Positions 12,212 through 22,962 of a stretch of 57,504 nucleotides of DNA are shown one piece after another; the stretch's first letter is position 1, and each line of letters opens with the position of its first letter. The stretch is taken from NCBI RefSeq assembly GCF_046119375.1, contig NW_027367504.1:1-57504 (forward strand). The letters are read 5' to 3'. Both the position numbers and the translations under genes were made by a program. This DNA comes from Phyllobates terribilis (lineage: Eukaryota). The notes beneath the pieces were generated by a model, which was given only the letters and a program-made list of their open reading frames with translations, had not been told where the DNA came from and made no database searches.

Positions 12212-12918
12212 TGATGAAGGACAACTATTGGCACCTCTTACACCACCACCCTTACTCCTATGTTTCAAGGGTCATGAAGAAGCCACCTAGAAGGCCTCAA
12301 CTTGTAGAGGTTGCTGTGGGATTGTACTTGTTGTTTTATGAACTCCTATGTTTCAGACATATTTTATGTTGTTTTAAGTGTGCTTAGGACCTTAGTATTT
12401 GCATATTATGGACATGGAATGGCTGGCCCCGTTTGGGAGTATTTAAGGCTTTTTTCTTGCTTGTATTTGGTTAGATATGTTTGAATGAAAAAAGATTTTT
12501 CTCTCCAAAAACAGGTCTCATCCCTTCTTACATCCAATTAGACGTTCTTGAGAGTGTTTGAGCGATTATTGGTGTGTGCTTGCTCAGTTGTGGTTGTTTG
12601 GGTCAACTCTACCTAGATTTGGTGCTTCTCCCAGCCGTTGCTCATCGTTTTGGTGTAGGAATTCCGCAACCTTCATCAAGCCAACATGGTAGGGTTGTTT
12701 CTTCATTGTATGAGGTTCTTATGCATCTAGTTCAAGGGTTTCATGCTTGTTAGTTTCGGTTTTCCATTACTATCTCTTTCTCTTCATTTGGGTCTAAAAA
12801 GCCCTAATCTATCCCTTTTTCTCTTCATTTTTGGTAGATCACTTTGATCTCCCTTTTTTCTGTGTTTTTGGTAACATTTAGTGTCTAGATCGAGCTCCTA
12901 ACGGCTTTTCTCGTATCA
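12212..12918 (+). repeat. 5' LTR of a CRM-clade Ty3/gypsy element
   Basis: Starts TGATG (12212) and ends CGTATCA (12918), the terminus type typical of CRM elements. Degenerate iMet PBS agcTATCAGAGCC at 12922-12934. Confidence 0.7.
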
Positions 12919-14933
12919 AATAGCTATCAGAGCCAATTGACACCTTTTCTACCACAAGAACAATCCAGTTTGGCCCACACATCAAGGAAATTTCTTCACC
13001 TCTTGGCCGATGTGTTCCTGGTCATTTTGAGTCTTTTTTTCTTCATTTTATGTGTGACTTTTGGTGAGATTGTGTAGATCTAAGAGGAGGCTTGAAAGCT
13101 GGATTGAATTGAGTGTTTTGGAGGTTGTTTGAGCCTAAGGAAAATCAGGTTGGGAAGCTCACAAACCGGCCACCATCACCACTAAATTCCAGCCATAAAA
13201 CTGCCCTAAACCACCCACCAATACCACCTCTACACCACCTCACAAGGCCGGACACCACCTCCCCAAAACTACCCTCCAACCGCCCTCTAACCACCCCCAA
13301 CCACCATCCAAGATGGTTACAACCACCGGCACCCGCTACTCCCACACCTTGCACATGATCTATTATTTTCTTTTGTAGGAATTAATTTGTAAATTGTAAA
13401 TTCAAAAGAAAAAGAAGTGGATGAAAATAAAAGAAAAATAAACTAAAAAAAGAAGAAGAAAAGAACGTCCAAGTTGATCTTTATGTGTATGTAATGTGCA
13501 ACTAGGATTAAGTGTATATTATTGTTAATTAGATTAGGAGATCTACACTTAATCAAGGTCTAAGCTACAATTGAAGGAGTACCGCACCAACCCTAGCTCT
13601 TCCCTAGCGTCGCCCTTGTTCTGCGCGGAGGTTCATCAAATCATCGGGTAGGTTCATAGGCATTGCTCTCCTCAGCGCCGCGCTCCACTTAGCTAACCCT
13701 AGCTTGCACTCGTTCTCTCCTGCTGCCCTATCGTGCACGCCCACGCCTTCGCTCAAGAAAACCCTAGAGTCGCAGGTTTAACATCTTCCCGGGCAGGTTC
13801 ATTACCTCCTAAGAGCCCTTGTGCGCGCGCATCACCAACGTGGGTGCCCTAACCCTAATTGTCGCCGCTCACCAATTGCTCAAGTGTCGCGCCTCCAAAC
13901 CCTAGCATCACTAGCTAGGCCTCACTCGCTCACCGTCGGCAGGTTCATCAATCGGTTGGGCAAGTTCACAGGCCATTGCCCAAGGACATGCACATCGCTC
14001 AAGACAGTGCACATCCTCGCATCGCCCACTACTCGCCAACCTTAGTATGTGCGCTCCACACAAGCATCGGAGGTTCATAAAAACTTCGTCCAAGTTCATC
14101 GCTTTGCCTTGCCCTGGTGTGCGCACACCCTCAACTCAACCATCGGAGGTTCACCATTTCTGCGCATAGGTTCATAGTTCCTGCCGCGCGTACCAGCTTG
14201 CCAAAACCCTAGCGTGTGCGCACTACTCGCCTACTGACGCGCCTGCCTTTGGAGCTAACCCTAGCTCTTATGCGCGTTGCCATCAACAAGCCTGCACGCC
14301 CGCTCACGCCGAACCCTAGCTAAGTGGGCCCCCACTGTCCTCAGTGTCTAGCCTTCGCCTCAGCCTAACTATGCAAACCCATACCACAGCCGCACCGAGG
14401 CCACCTTAGCCTAGCCTTAAGCCATTGCCACGACCTAGCACCTTTCCGAGCATCAATCTGCTTCTCTTGAGGAAAACGGTCCCATTGGCTCAATTCGCAG
14501 CTTTGCCTAGGGTACTCCTCTTTCTTGAGTTCTAGACTTTCAAAGTTGATTGTGAATTGCATTACATACTTGCAATCTATTGCTAGATTGTTGTTTGTTT
14601 GTTTTTCTCTTGTTTTGCGTGTTTCTTTGTTATTTTTCTTCTTTTGTTGAGTCTTACATTTGAGAATTGAGTTACTGCAGATCCTACCACTTCTTGAGGC
14701 TGAGATAACACCATAATTCAGGAGCAATTGATACTCCCAACGCAACCCGTCAATCGAGCTTGTTTCAACGTCAATAGAGAGGAAGTGACTTACACATTGG
14801 GTTAGGAAACACTTGTGAGGATTTATTATTGCCTAGAATAACTTGGTTCATTGTTTGATTTGTTATGATCATGTCTCAGTCACCCATGAGAGAGTAAAGG
14901 AGTGCATCATACATTCACCCGGAGTTAGTCTCT

Positions 14934-16650
14934 ATGTTCAAGAAGATGAACGACAACTTAGACCGGATAAATGCCATGTTCGAGGCCGTTAAGACTTGCC
15001 CTACCCTACATCTCCCACTACCTACCCATTTAGGATTAAACTTTGAGATAGGAGGCTCTTCTAACCTAGCTAGTCGGTCACCATTAGGGCATCCAACAAC
15101 CGCCTATCAAGATGCCATGAATGATCCACCAATGCCTCCACTACCCGGGAAGCCACCTCAACAACCCATGTATTCGCACACTATCCCTCCAACGATCTAT
15201 ATACTGTCCTCCCGATCCCCTCAAAACTTTGGACAGTACCCTAGACCCGAGTACCCATTCCCTAACCCGACCTATGCCCCAAGGGAGTACACCCCTCATC
15301 CTTACTATCCTAACAATAGATGTGCATTTGCTCATGAATTTCAGGATTACCGAGGAAATGACATGAATTATGAAGGATGGAGAGGAGTACCTCAGCAAGG
15401 AGGACGTGAGCAAGGACATGACCAAGGAGTCCGAGAGAAAGAACAAGATGGTATAGCGAAGGTGAATGTCATGATACCACTATTCAAAGGAAAGTGTGAT
15501 TCGGATGTCTACATGGATTGGGAGACTAAGATCTAACAAATTTGTCATGCTACAACTTCCCCGAGCTTAAGAAGGTCCAATTAGCAGCCTTGGAGTTCCA
15601 TGGTTATGCAATGACATGGTGGAACAACTTTGTAAATGATAGGAGACGAACACTTGACCCGGGTGTAGTTCCTTGGGAGCAAATGAAGGCTCTCATGAGG
15701 ACCCGTTTTGTACCTCCACATCACAACCCGGGACCTTCATAAAAACTTAAGAAACTCAAACAAGTTTCAATGAGTGTGGAGGAAACCTTCAATGCCACAC
15801 AAATGGCTATGTCAAAGGCAAGTGTCATAGAGGATAAAGAAGCAACAATGGCAAGGTATCTTCGTATCCTAAACCCTTATTTGTCTAATGAGGTTGGTTT
15901 CTATCCTTATTACAGCGTGACGGAGCTCCTACACTTAGCCATCAAGGTGGAGACTAAGTTCAAGCTCCGAGGCCAGCAAGGTGGCAAGCCGAACCCTCCC
16001 TCCGACACTTGGCACAACAATGCATGTTCAGCCCCCTCCTATGGCCGTGAACCACCAAGGCCTTCTTCATATGAGCAAGGAGGATCATGGAAGGATCCCA
16101 CTAGCTCTACCTATCCTCCTATGTCAGCCAACACACCCTATCAAGGAATAAAAGGGAATGTCTCTAATCCCTCTTCTTCTCATGTTAAGTCTAGCTCCAT
16201 TGAATTCTCTAAAAGTAAGGGTAAGGGTCATTACATGCGAGATTGTCCTAACAAGAGAGTAATAATAGTCAATCAACTAGGGAAATATGACTCGAAATCT
16301 GATAGTGATGATGATAAACCCTTAGAATCTGAAATTAGGGAGCATGATAATGAATTAGGAGATGCAATTGAGATATCTTACATGGATGGAGACTCTTTGT
16401 TTTGCAACCGCACCTTGCATGCTAAATCTGATTTATGTGATGATAACCAAAGAGAGAACTTATTTCATACTAGATGCTTGGTTAAGAACAAGGTGTGTGA
16501 TGTGATCATAGATGGTGGGAGTTATTGCAACATTGCAAGCACCGAGCTTGTCTCTAAGTTGGAACTACGCCCATTCTTACATCCTAGGCCATATAGACTA
16601 CATTGGATAAATGAGTGTGGAGAATTGAAAGTGAATAAGCATATAATTTG
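14934..16650 (+). pseudogene. CRM-type gag and aspartic protease, disrupted
   Basis: IPLFKGKCDSDVYMDWETKI, KKVQLAALEFHGYAMTWW, WEQMKALMRTRFVP, degenerate knuckle GKGHYMRDC, QRENLFHTRC...IIDGGSYCNIAS...HPRPYRLHWINECGELKV; stops and frameshifts between ORFs. Confidence 0.88.
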
Positions 16651-17247
16651 CTAATTAATCATCCAAAATTCATAGAATTTATAGTATTCGTCATAAAGAA
16701 GATCTACAAGAGCGCAACATGCAAAAATCATTCAGTTTTAAACACAAGTTTCAACATAAGTAATATTAAATAATTATTCATAGTCGCAGTCACAGGCTCT
16801 TAGCAGACGTTGGTCGCAGTACGAGGGAGAGGGAAAGGGACAGCCGAACAAGGGTGAGAGGCGAGACGAGAGGGGAGGTGAGGTGAGAGGCAGCTGGTGG
16901 GACGAGAGGTGACGGCTTGACAAGATGGAGATGGGAGGTAGTAGGGACGACAAAGTTCTCATTTAAGAGGGAGAGGGGTGAGAGGTGAGAGGCGGAGGTG
17001 TGGGACGAACGAGAGAGTGGATTGCTTTTTAACTTTTAACCTAAATAAGAACACATGCTCCTTTCAAAAAAAAGAACTCATACCCCCGCCTAGAAAAAAA
17101 CGTAACGCCTAGGCGTGCGTAGCCTCCTAGGCGGCCGCCTAGGTGAGTGATTTTTTTCCCACCGCCTAGCAAAAAAGGACTATCAACTAGCCGAAACGTC
17201 AGGGTGCCACCTAGTGCCTAGGCGGTGCCGGGCTTTTTAAAACACTG
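16651..17247 (-). mobile_element. hAT transposon terminal fragment
   Basis: Minus strand begins CAGTGTTTTAAAAAGCCCGG at 17247, a hAT-type TIR, with clustered palindromic gcctaggc/cgcctag subterminal motifs at 17085-17225. The second TIR is absent. Confidence 0.7.
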
Positions 17248-17472
17248 ATTAAGGCACGATCAGAACTTGACATACCCGAGAAAATTATCTCGGCCTTCAA
17301 AGAAGACATCGAAGAAAATCCTCTTATCCTTGAAACAGACAAAGATTCCACAAATTCAGCTAATCAAAATGAAGAAGTTGAAAAAGATGCATTGCAAATC
17401 CCTCATGTTGAAGAATCACAATATGACTTTCCGTCATCATCATCAGACAAACAGGAAGAGGAACTTGACTAG
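17248..17472 (+). pseudogene. Probable C-terminal acidic tail of CACTA TNP2/TnpD transposase (CACTA-1)
   Basis: Open frame IKARSELDIPEKIISAFKEDIEEN...EEELD* starts right at the hAT end and parallels KTKARG...AY..-acidic tail of the TNP2 at 55896-56276. It is followed by a TnpA-like gene. Confidence 0.5.
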
Positions 17473-17608
17473 TGTAGAGTTCAATGTATTAGATTGTTCA
17501 TTATATGTTAACGTTTTGTAATTAGCTGCAATTCTGTTTAAACATTTTAGTATATTAAATTATTAACTATATGTCGAACTATCCATTTTAACATATATAT
17601 TTCAAGAT

Positions 17609-18340
17609 ATGAGAGGGAAGGGTTGTAGGGTGATCCCACTATAGCCGGGCACGGGCAATGTCGGGTTTGAGGCCGAGACCACGGATGGGGTAACCCGATC
17701 ATGGGTGTCCCCGAGGTTGAACCAGTCCTAGACATTCCGGTTGAGGGCGAGTAGCAACAACAGGAGGAACATGTCGTACCCGTCGAGCAGCCACGTCAGG
17801 TGCATGAGCATGTCGAGCCCCGAGCAGAGCTTGATGTCCAAGGGAGAGAAAAGTTGTATCCAAACCTCATCAGAACGGTGCTGCAAGACTGTGGACGAGT
17901 CTCCCGTTCTATGTCGGAGATCTTCATAAAGTGCTTTTTTCTGAATGGCCGAGCATGATAGTTTCTTACTTTTGAGGAGACGGATTATTACTGGGATGAG
18001 TTTAAGGTAATAGTTATCCATTTAATATTTAAGATTAGACTAATGCAGAAATGCAAACTCAAACATGTTGTTTATGTTTTGCACAAGGAATATTGGTGGG
18101 ACAAGGCGGAGTACATCGATGCCATCATCAACCGGTACAAGGACATCATTCACAAGATGAAGATAGTGAACGAGACATACCTCTGTGAGCGAGGAGATCT
18201 GGGCTGCCTGGAAGTCCTTCTGGGATTAAGAGGATGACAAGTAGAGTTCTAGTATGGATCATTCCAACCAGATGAGCGAGCCTACAAGACCCGGATCTGT
18301 CCCAGTACATCATACCGCAGGAACCCATTCCTCCATCAAG
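17609..18340 (+). pseudogene. CACTA TnpA/TNP1-like (Ptta/En/Spm type) gene fragment
   Basis: Begins MRGKGCRG; later EYWWDKAEYIDAIINRYKDIIHKMK, VSEEIWAAWKSFWD and HTAGTHS (HTGGS-like motif); several stops. Confidence 0.65.
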
Positions 18341-18728
18341 CATTATTTTGTTGATATAGTGGTATATTTATTTTTCTGCCAGACTAATAATATGTATTGT
18401 TTTTGTTAGTCTAAACAGCTCGATCCTAAGTTGTATAGTCGTCTACACTTAAAAGGACCATGTATTCTGGATGCACAAAGAACACATCTGAAACTCATTG
18501 GTGCTTGGATTTATTCTCTACTCTAAAAAATACTCATTCTCTTTGCATCTCTAATAAAAACTCTTGGACAACAGTTTAACTACAAAAGTTTATAAATTTA
18601 ATAGTTAAATTTATAAACTTTTGTAGTTAAACTTAATTAATAAATTTTATAAGTTAAATTCAACATACTTTGTATCAACTACAGTTTATAAGTTTAAAAA
18701 GTAAGCTTAAAGTTAAATAAAAGTTTAA

Positions 18729-20325
18729 GGCATTTTTGCACGGAACCACCCTTTATATGACCAAATTTGCATGGAACCACCCTTATATGTGAAATTATTC
18801 CGAACTACCCAAATTTCACTCTTTTCTTACCAGGAGACACCCTCCCCCTGTTCCGTTAGGTTTTCCATCCAAATTAACAAAAAGACAGTTATACCCTTGA
18901 CAGAATTTCAAAATTACACTAAAAATCAAAGTTAAAGTTTATAAAATAAAAATAAAAATCAAAGAAGTGGATTTCCATTCAAAAAGAAAAAGAAGTAAAA
19001 AAATAAAATCCAATTCGAACAGATCTCTTCGTTCTGCCACTAAAGGTCTTCGTCCGTCTTCGTCCGTGAAGGTCCAATTCGAACACATCTGCCTTTCTTC
19101 TTCGTTCGTCTTCAATGTGAAGGTCCAAATCTGCCTTTCGTTTTCTCGACTTCTTCGTCTTCGTACATTTCTGCCATTGAAGGTCTTCGTTTGTCTTCAA
19201 CGGTGAAGGTCCGCTGATTTCGTCTTCGTTCTTCGTTTCTCCTGTTCCGAAATTAGAGCCATCCGAGTTCTCCACTTCTCGCCCTTTCGTTTCTACCTTT
19301 CTTCAATGGTGAAGGCCCAGATCCGAGTTCTTCAGCTTTGTTCGTCTTCAATGGTGCCACCCTTTCTTCTCGATTCGAGTTCTTCAGATTCGAGTTCTTC
19401 AGCTTTGTTCATCTTCAATGGTGCCACCCTTTCTTCTCGATTCGAGTTTTCATATTTGAGTTCTTCAGCTTTGTTCGTCTTCAATGGTGCCACCCTTTCT
19501 TCTCGATTCGAGTTTTCAGATTCGAGTTCTTCACCTTTGTTCGTCTTCAATGGTGCCACCCTTTCTTCTCGATTCGAGTTTTCAGATTCCAGTTCTTCAC
19601 CTTTGTTCGAGTTCTTCAGCTTTGTTCGAGTTCTTCATATTCGACTCTTCAGATTCGAGTTCTTCAGATTCTTGCCCTTTCTTCTCGCCCTTTCTCTTGT
19701 TCTCCTGTTCCGAAATTAGGGCATCCGAGTTCTCCTGTTCCGAAATTGGGGTCATCAGAGTTCTCCAGTTCTCCACTTCTTCGTTCGTCTTTAATGGTGA
19801 AGGCCCAGATCTGCCTTTCTTCTTCTTCTCAACCTATTATCGACCTCTTCGCTGCAACCCAGATCTGCATTTCTTCTTCTCGACTTCTCCTCGACCTCTT
19901 CGCTGCAACCCAGGTTTGTTCTTCAGCTTTGTGAATGTTAACTGCTTACAGGATTGTAAATTTAACAATTTGTGAATGTACTTAACTCAGCTTTGTGAAT
20001 CTAATTAACCCAGCTTTGTTCTTAGCTTCAACCCAGCAATTATCAAAACTGTTTAATAATAAAAATTATCAAAACTTTAAAAACTGAGAAAGGAGAAGGA
20101 TGAATTAGGAAAGGGGTATATATGTCTTTTTATTGTAAATTTAACATTTTAACAGGGGTAAATTGGTCTTTTCACGGTATTGGATGGAAAATCTAACAAA
20201 ATCCGTTCATGGGTGGCTCCTGGTAAGAAAAGAGTGAAATTTGGGTGGTTCGGAATAATTTCGCATATAAGGGGTGGTTCCATGCAAATTCGGCCATATA
20301 ACGGGTGGTTCCGTGCAAAAATGCC
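18729..20325. mobile_element. Non-autonomous Mutator-like element (MULE), 1597 bp
   Basis: TIRs start GGCATTTTTGCACGGAACCACCC; about 110 bp nearly identical, weaker similarity to about 170 bp. Perfect 9-bp TSD AAAGTTTAA (18720-18728 and 20326-20334). No transposase. Confidence 0.95.
19336..19607 (+). repeat. Tandem repeat, 66-67 bp unit, about 4 copies, inside the MULE
   Basis: atggtgccaccc recurs at 19351, 19418, 19484 and 19550. Confidence 0.92.
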
Positions 20326-20370
20326 AAAGTTTAACTACAAAGTTTATAAGTTTAATTCAAAGTTTAATTT

Positions 20371-20900
20371 GTTAAATTCAAAGTAAACGTAAGTAAACTT
20401 TATTAAGTTATTTTAATTCAAACTATAATTTGTTAAATTCAAAGTAAACTTAAAGTAAACTTTATTAAGTTATTTAAATTCAAAGTATAATTTGTTAAAT
20501 TCAAAGTTAAATTTGTTAAATTCAATAAACTTAAAGGAAACTTTATTAAGTTATTTAAATTCAAAGTATAATTTGTTAAATTCAACAAAGTAAACTTAAT
20601 TTGAAAGGAACATATACAAAATTTAGTAAACTTATAACTTTGTAAATTTATGAAGTAAACTTAATTCAACAAATTTTATAAGTTAAATTCAACATAATTT
20701 GTATCAATTAAAGTTTAATTGGAAGTTTAAAAAGTAAACTTAAAGCTAAATACAAAGTTAAATATAGGTTTAAATAAAAAAATTATAAGTTTAATTCAAA
20801 GTTCAATTTGTTAAATTCAAAGTAAACTTAAGTAAACTTTATTAAGTTATTTTAATTCAAACTATAATTTATTAAATTCAAATTTTAATTCGACAAAATA
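20371..20900 (+). repeat. AT-rich degenerate tandem repeat, about 61 bp unit
   Basis: gttaaattcaaagtaaac..aagtaaactttattaagtta recurs near 20371, 20432, 20515 and 20811; related sequence at 18570-18728 on the other side of the MULE. Confidence 0.75.
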
Positions 20901-21489
20901 AATTTATTTAATTCAACAAACTTAAGTAAATTATAGTAGAATTAAAAACTGATTTAAATAGGGTTTTGGCTGTTGTAGTATTTGTTAGTTTGATAGGGTT
21001 TTGGTTGCTACCAGGACTATTATTTGTGGCTGGACTTGTTTGGGGGACTGGAATATTGACTAGAATCACTAGAGTCTGTAGAGCTCAAGCAAATTAAAGG
21101 TTTTTTGCTTGTCGTTGTCACTAGATGGTGGATGGTGTCTGTGTGGTGTTTAGTTGTGAGGTAGTGTGGTTACATATAGTCGGAGGATTGGATATTTAAT
21201 GGCAATTCAAAAAAACCTAAGAAATTAAGAGAATCTTGTGGAATGACAATTCAACAAAAACCTCTATCTTTACTTGACCAAAATCTGACGAATATGGGTG
21301 GGTTATGGGTAGTTTTGTACTGGAAAAGCACAAATTCTTACTGCAGTAACAGTCATATTCTGTGGGTGGTTTAATGCAATCTTTGACTAGTGTTTTAAAA
21401 TCTCTTTATATGAGTAACAATCATATTGTATATCAATAACAGTCATATTGTACTAAAGTTTTGTAAATGTTAGGTTTCAGGGGTATAGG

Positions 21490-21918
21490 ATGTCATCACA
21501 AATTAGATCTTTCATATATAATTACTCAAATAGTGGGGTTGAAGGGGGTATTTGTCGGTGCCAATTGAGGGCAAAAGTAAGAACATCTCATACACCCAAA
21601 AATTATGGAAGAAGGTTTCTAGGGTGCCCATTGTTAAGGTCACATGGTCCAAAAGGATGTGGATACTTCCAGTGGGTTTATGCTCCATTTCATACACAAG
21701 TAACAACCATTATCACACAGATGCTGGAACAGAATCAAGAAATGCAAAGAAGAAGTACAGTGCTTGAAGTTCAGCTGAGGGAAAAGGAAGAAGAACTATC
21801 AAGGAAAATGGCAGTTTCTAGGATGATGAGATGTGGTGTAATTATTCTTTGTTTCAGTTTAGTGGTTCATAATGTATCATGTAAATCACTCATGAATTCC
21901 TGTAATATCTTCTTATAA
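21490..21918 (+). CDS. GRF-type zinc-finger protein with coiled coil and hydrophobic C-terminus (MULE accessory ORF), 142 aa
   Basis: CRC...TSHTPKNYGRRFLGCP...GCGYFQW zf-GRF motif with four Cys, heptad-like stretch (MLEQNQEMQRRSTVLEVQLREKEEEL), hydrophobic GVIILCFSLVV; convergent with the MuDR transposase. Confidence 0.78.
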   Translation: MSSQIRSFIYNYSNSGVEGGICRCQLRAKVRTSHTPKNYGRRFLGCPLLRSHGPKGCGYFQWVYAPFHTQVTTIITQMLEQNQEMQRRSTVLEVQLREKEEELSRKMAVSRMMRCGVIILCFSLVVHNVSCKSLMNSCNIFL

Positions 21919-22962
21919 TGACAATATTGGCTTCTGATTTGACTTGTGTGTTAGAAGAATTCCACTTAATTGGAATGTGTGGTAAAGGAATCCAATGTCT
22001 ACGAGACTATAACAGTAGCACAGATATCACCAGTATTCCTGAATAGCACAAACTACCACATTAAATTAACACTTTGTGGTTCACATAATTTTACACAACA
22101 TACTTAGCGTTCAAAGATTCAAACCGGTTAAGTAGCTACATAAGGGTGATGAACCACCACAAAAGCTCAAGAGCTATACAAAATTGGGTAGCCATCACAT
22201 ACTTGTCTTGTTCCAATATTCATGGAGAATAGTTCTAGAATACTAAAAGCTTAACATAATAACATTCGACAACACATCAAGGTACACCAGTTCAATTAGA
22301 TGTGGATGATCTTGTAATTCTTCCCATTGCACTTGGTTTTGGGATATGATTAGCTCTCTTCCTGGCAGGGAACAACTTCTTCTTTGGAGCACTTCGTGTT
22401 GGGGTAGGTTGTGTAGACGGTGGTGGCTGTTGCAAATCACAATAATATTGAATTAAGCTTTGCAGTTATTGGGTATTCACCATGTTATACAAATGTTCAG
22501 AATACATTACCATTGTAGATTGTGAACTGTGTAGGGATGACTATCTCTTCAGTGACAGGAGTTGTTCTTATTGATTCCTACAATATGACATAGAAAGTAG
22601 ACAAATTTGATTCCAGTCTAAGTTAAAAAACAGACCAATTTAATAAGACATAGAAAGCAAGCTATCCATTACCAATGGTGTTAGTGACTCCTCGCTTTGG
22701 ACGAAATCATTTTCTACTGGCTGCAGTGCATACTCAATAATTGCTTGCTGCAAAATCATGAATACCGCATTTTGGCTCATGTACATATCAGAACCTCCTC
22801 TATATAGAAATAACAAGATGACATACCATATCCACCTGTTGCTCAAGGTCAGCTTGTCCTGCATCTGCCTCCTCAACTGGCTTTTGAGCTTCATTAAATG
22901 TCATTTGTTGCATAAGTAATTGACCGAACATAAGAATACAATGATACCTAAAACACAACAGC

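Larger units (their letters stand above)
12212..16650 (+). mobile_element. 3'-truncated CRM-clade Ty3/gypsy retrotransposon (LTR, about 2 kb leader, gag-protease)
   Basis: LTR and PBS followed by CRM-type gag and protease motifs; homology stops abruptly near 16650. No RT, INT or 3' LTR in the window. Confidence 0.8.

Noticed and set aside
13113-13358. Pro/His-rich ORFs on both strands
   Set aside because: Low-complexity CCA-rich sequence in the CRM leader.
19306-19975. Overlapping ORFs of 137-198 aa
   Set aside because: Artefacts of a 66-bp (22-codon) TC-rich tandem repeat inside a non-autonomous MULE.
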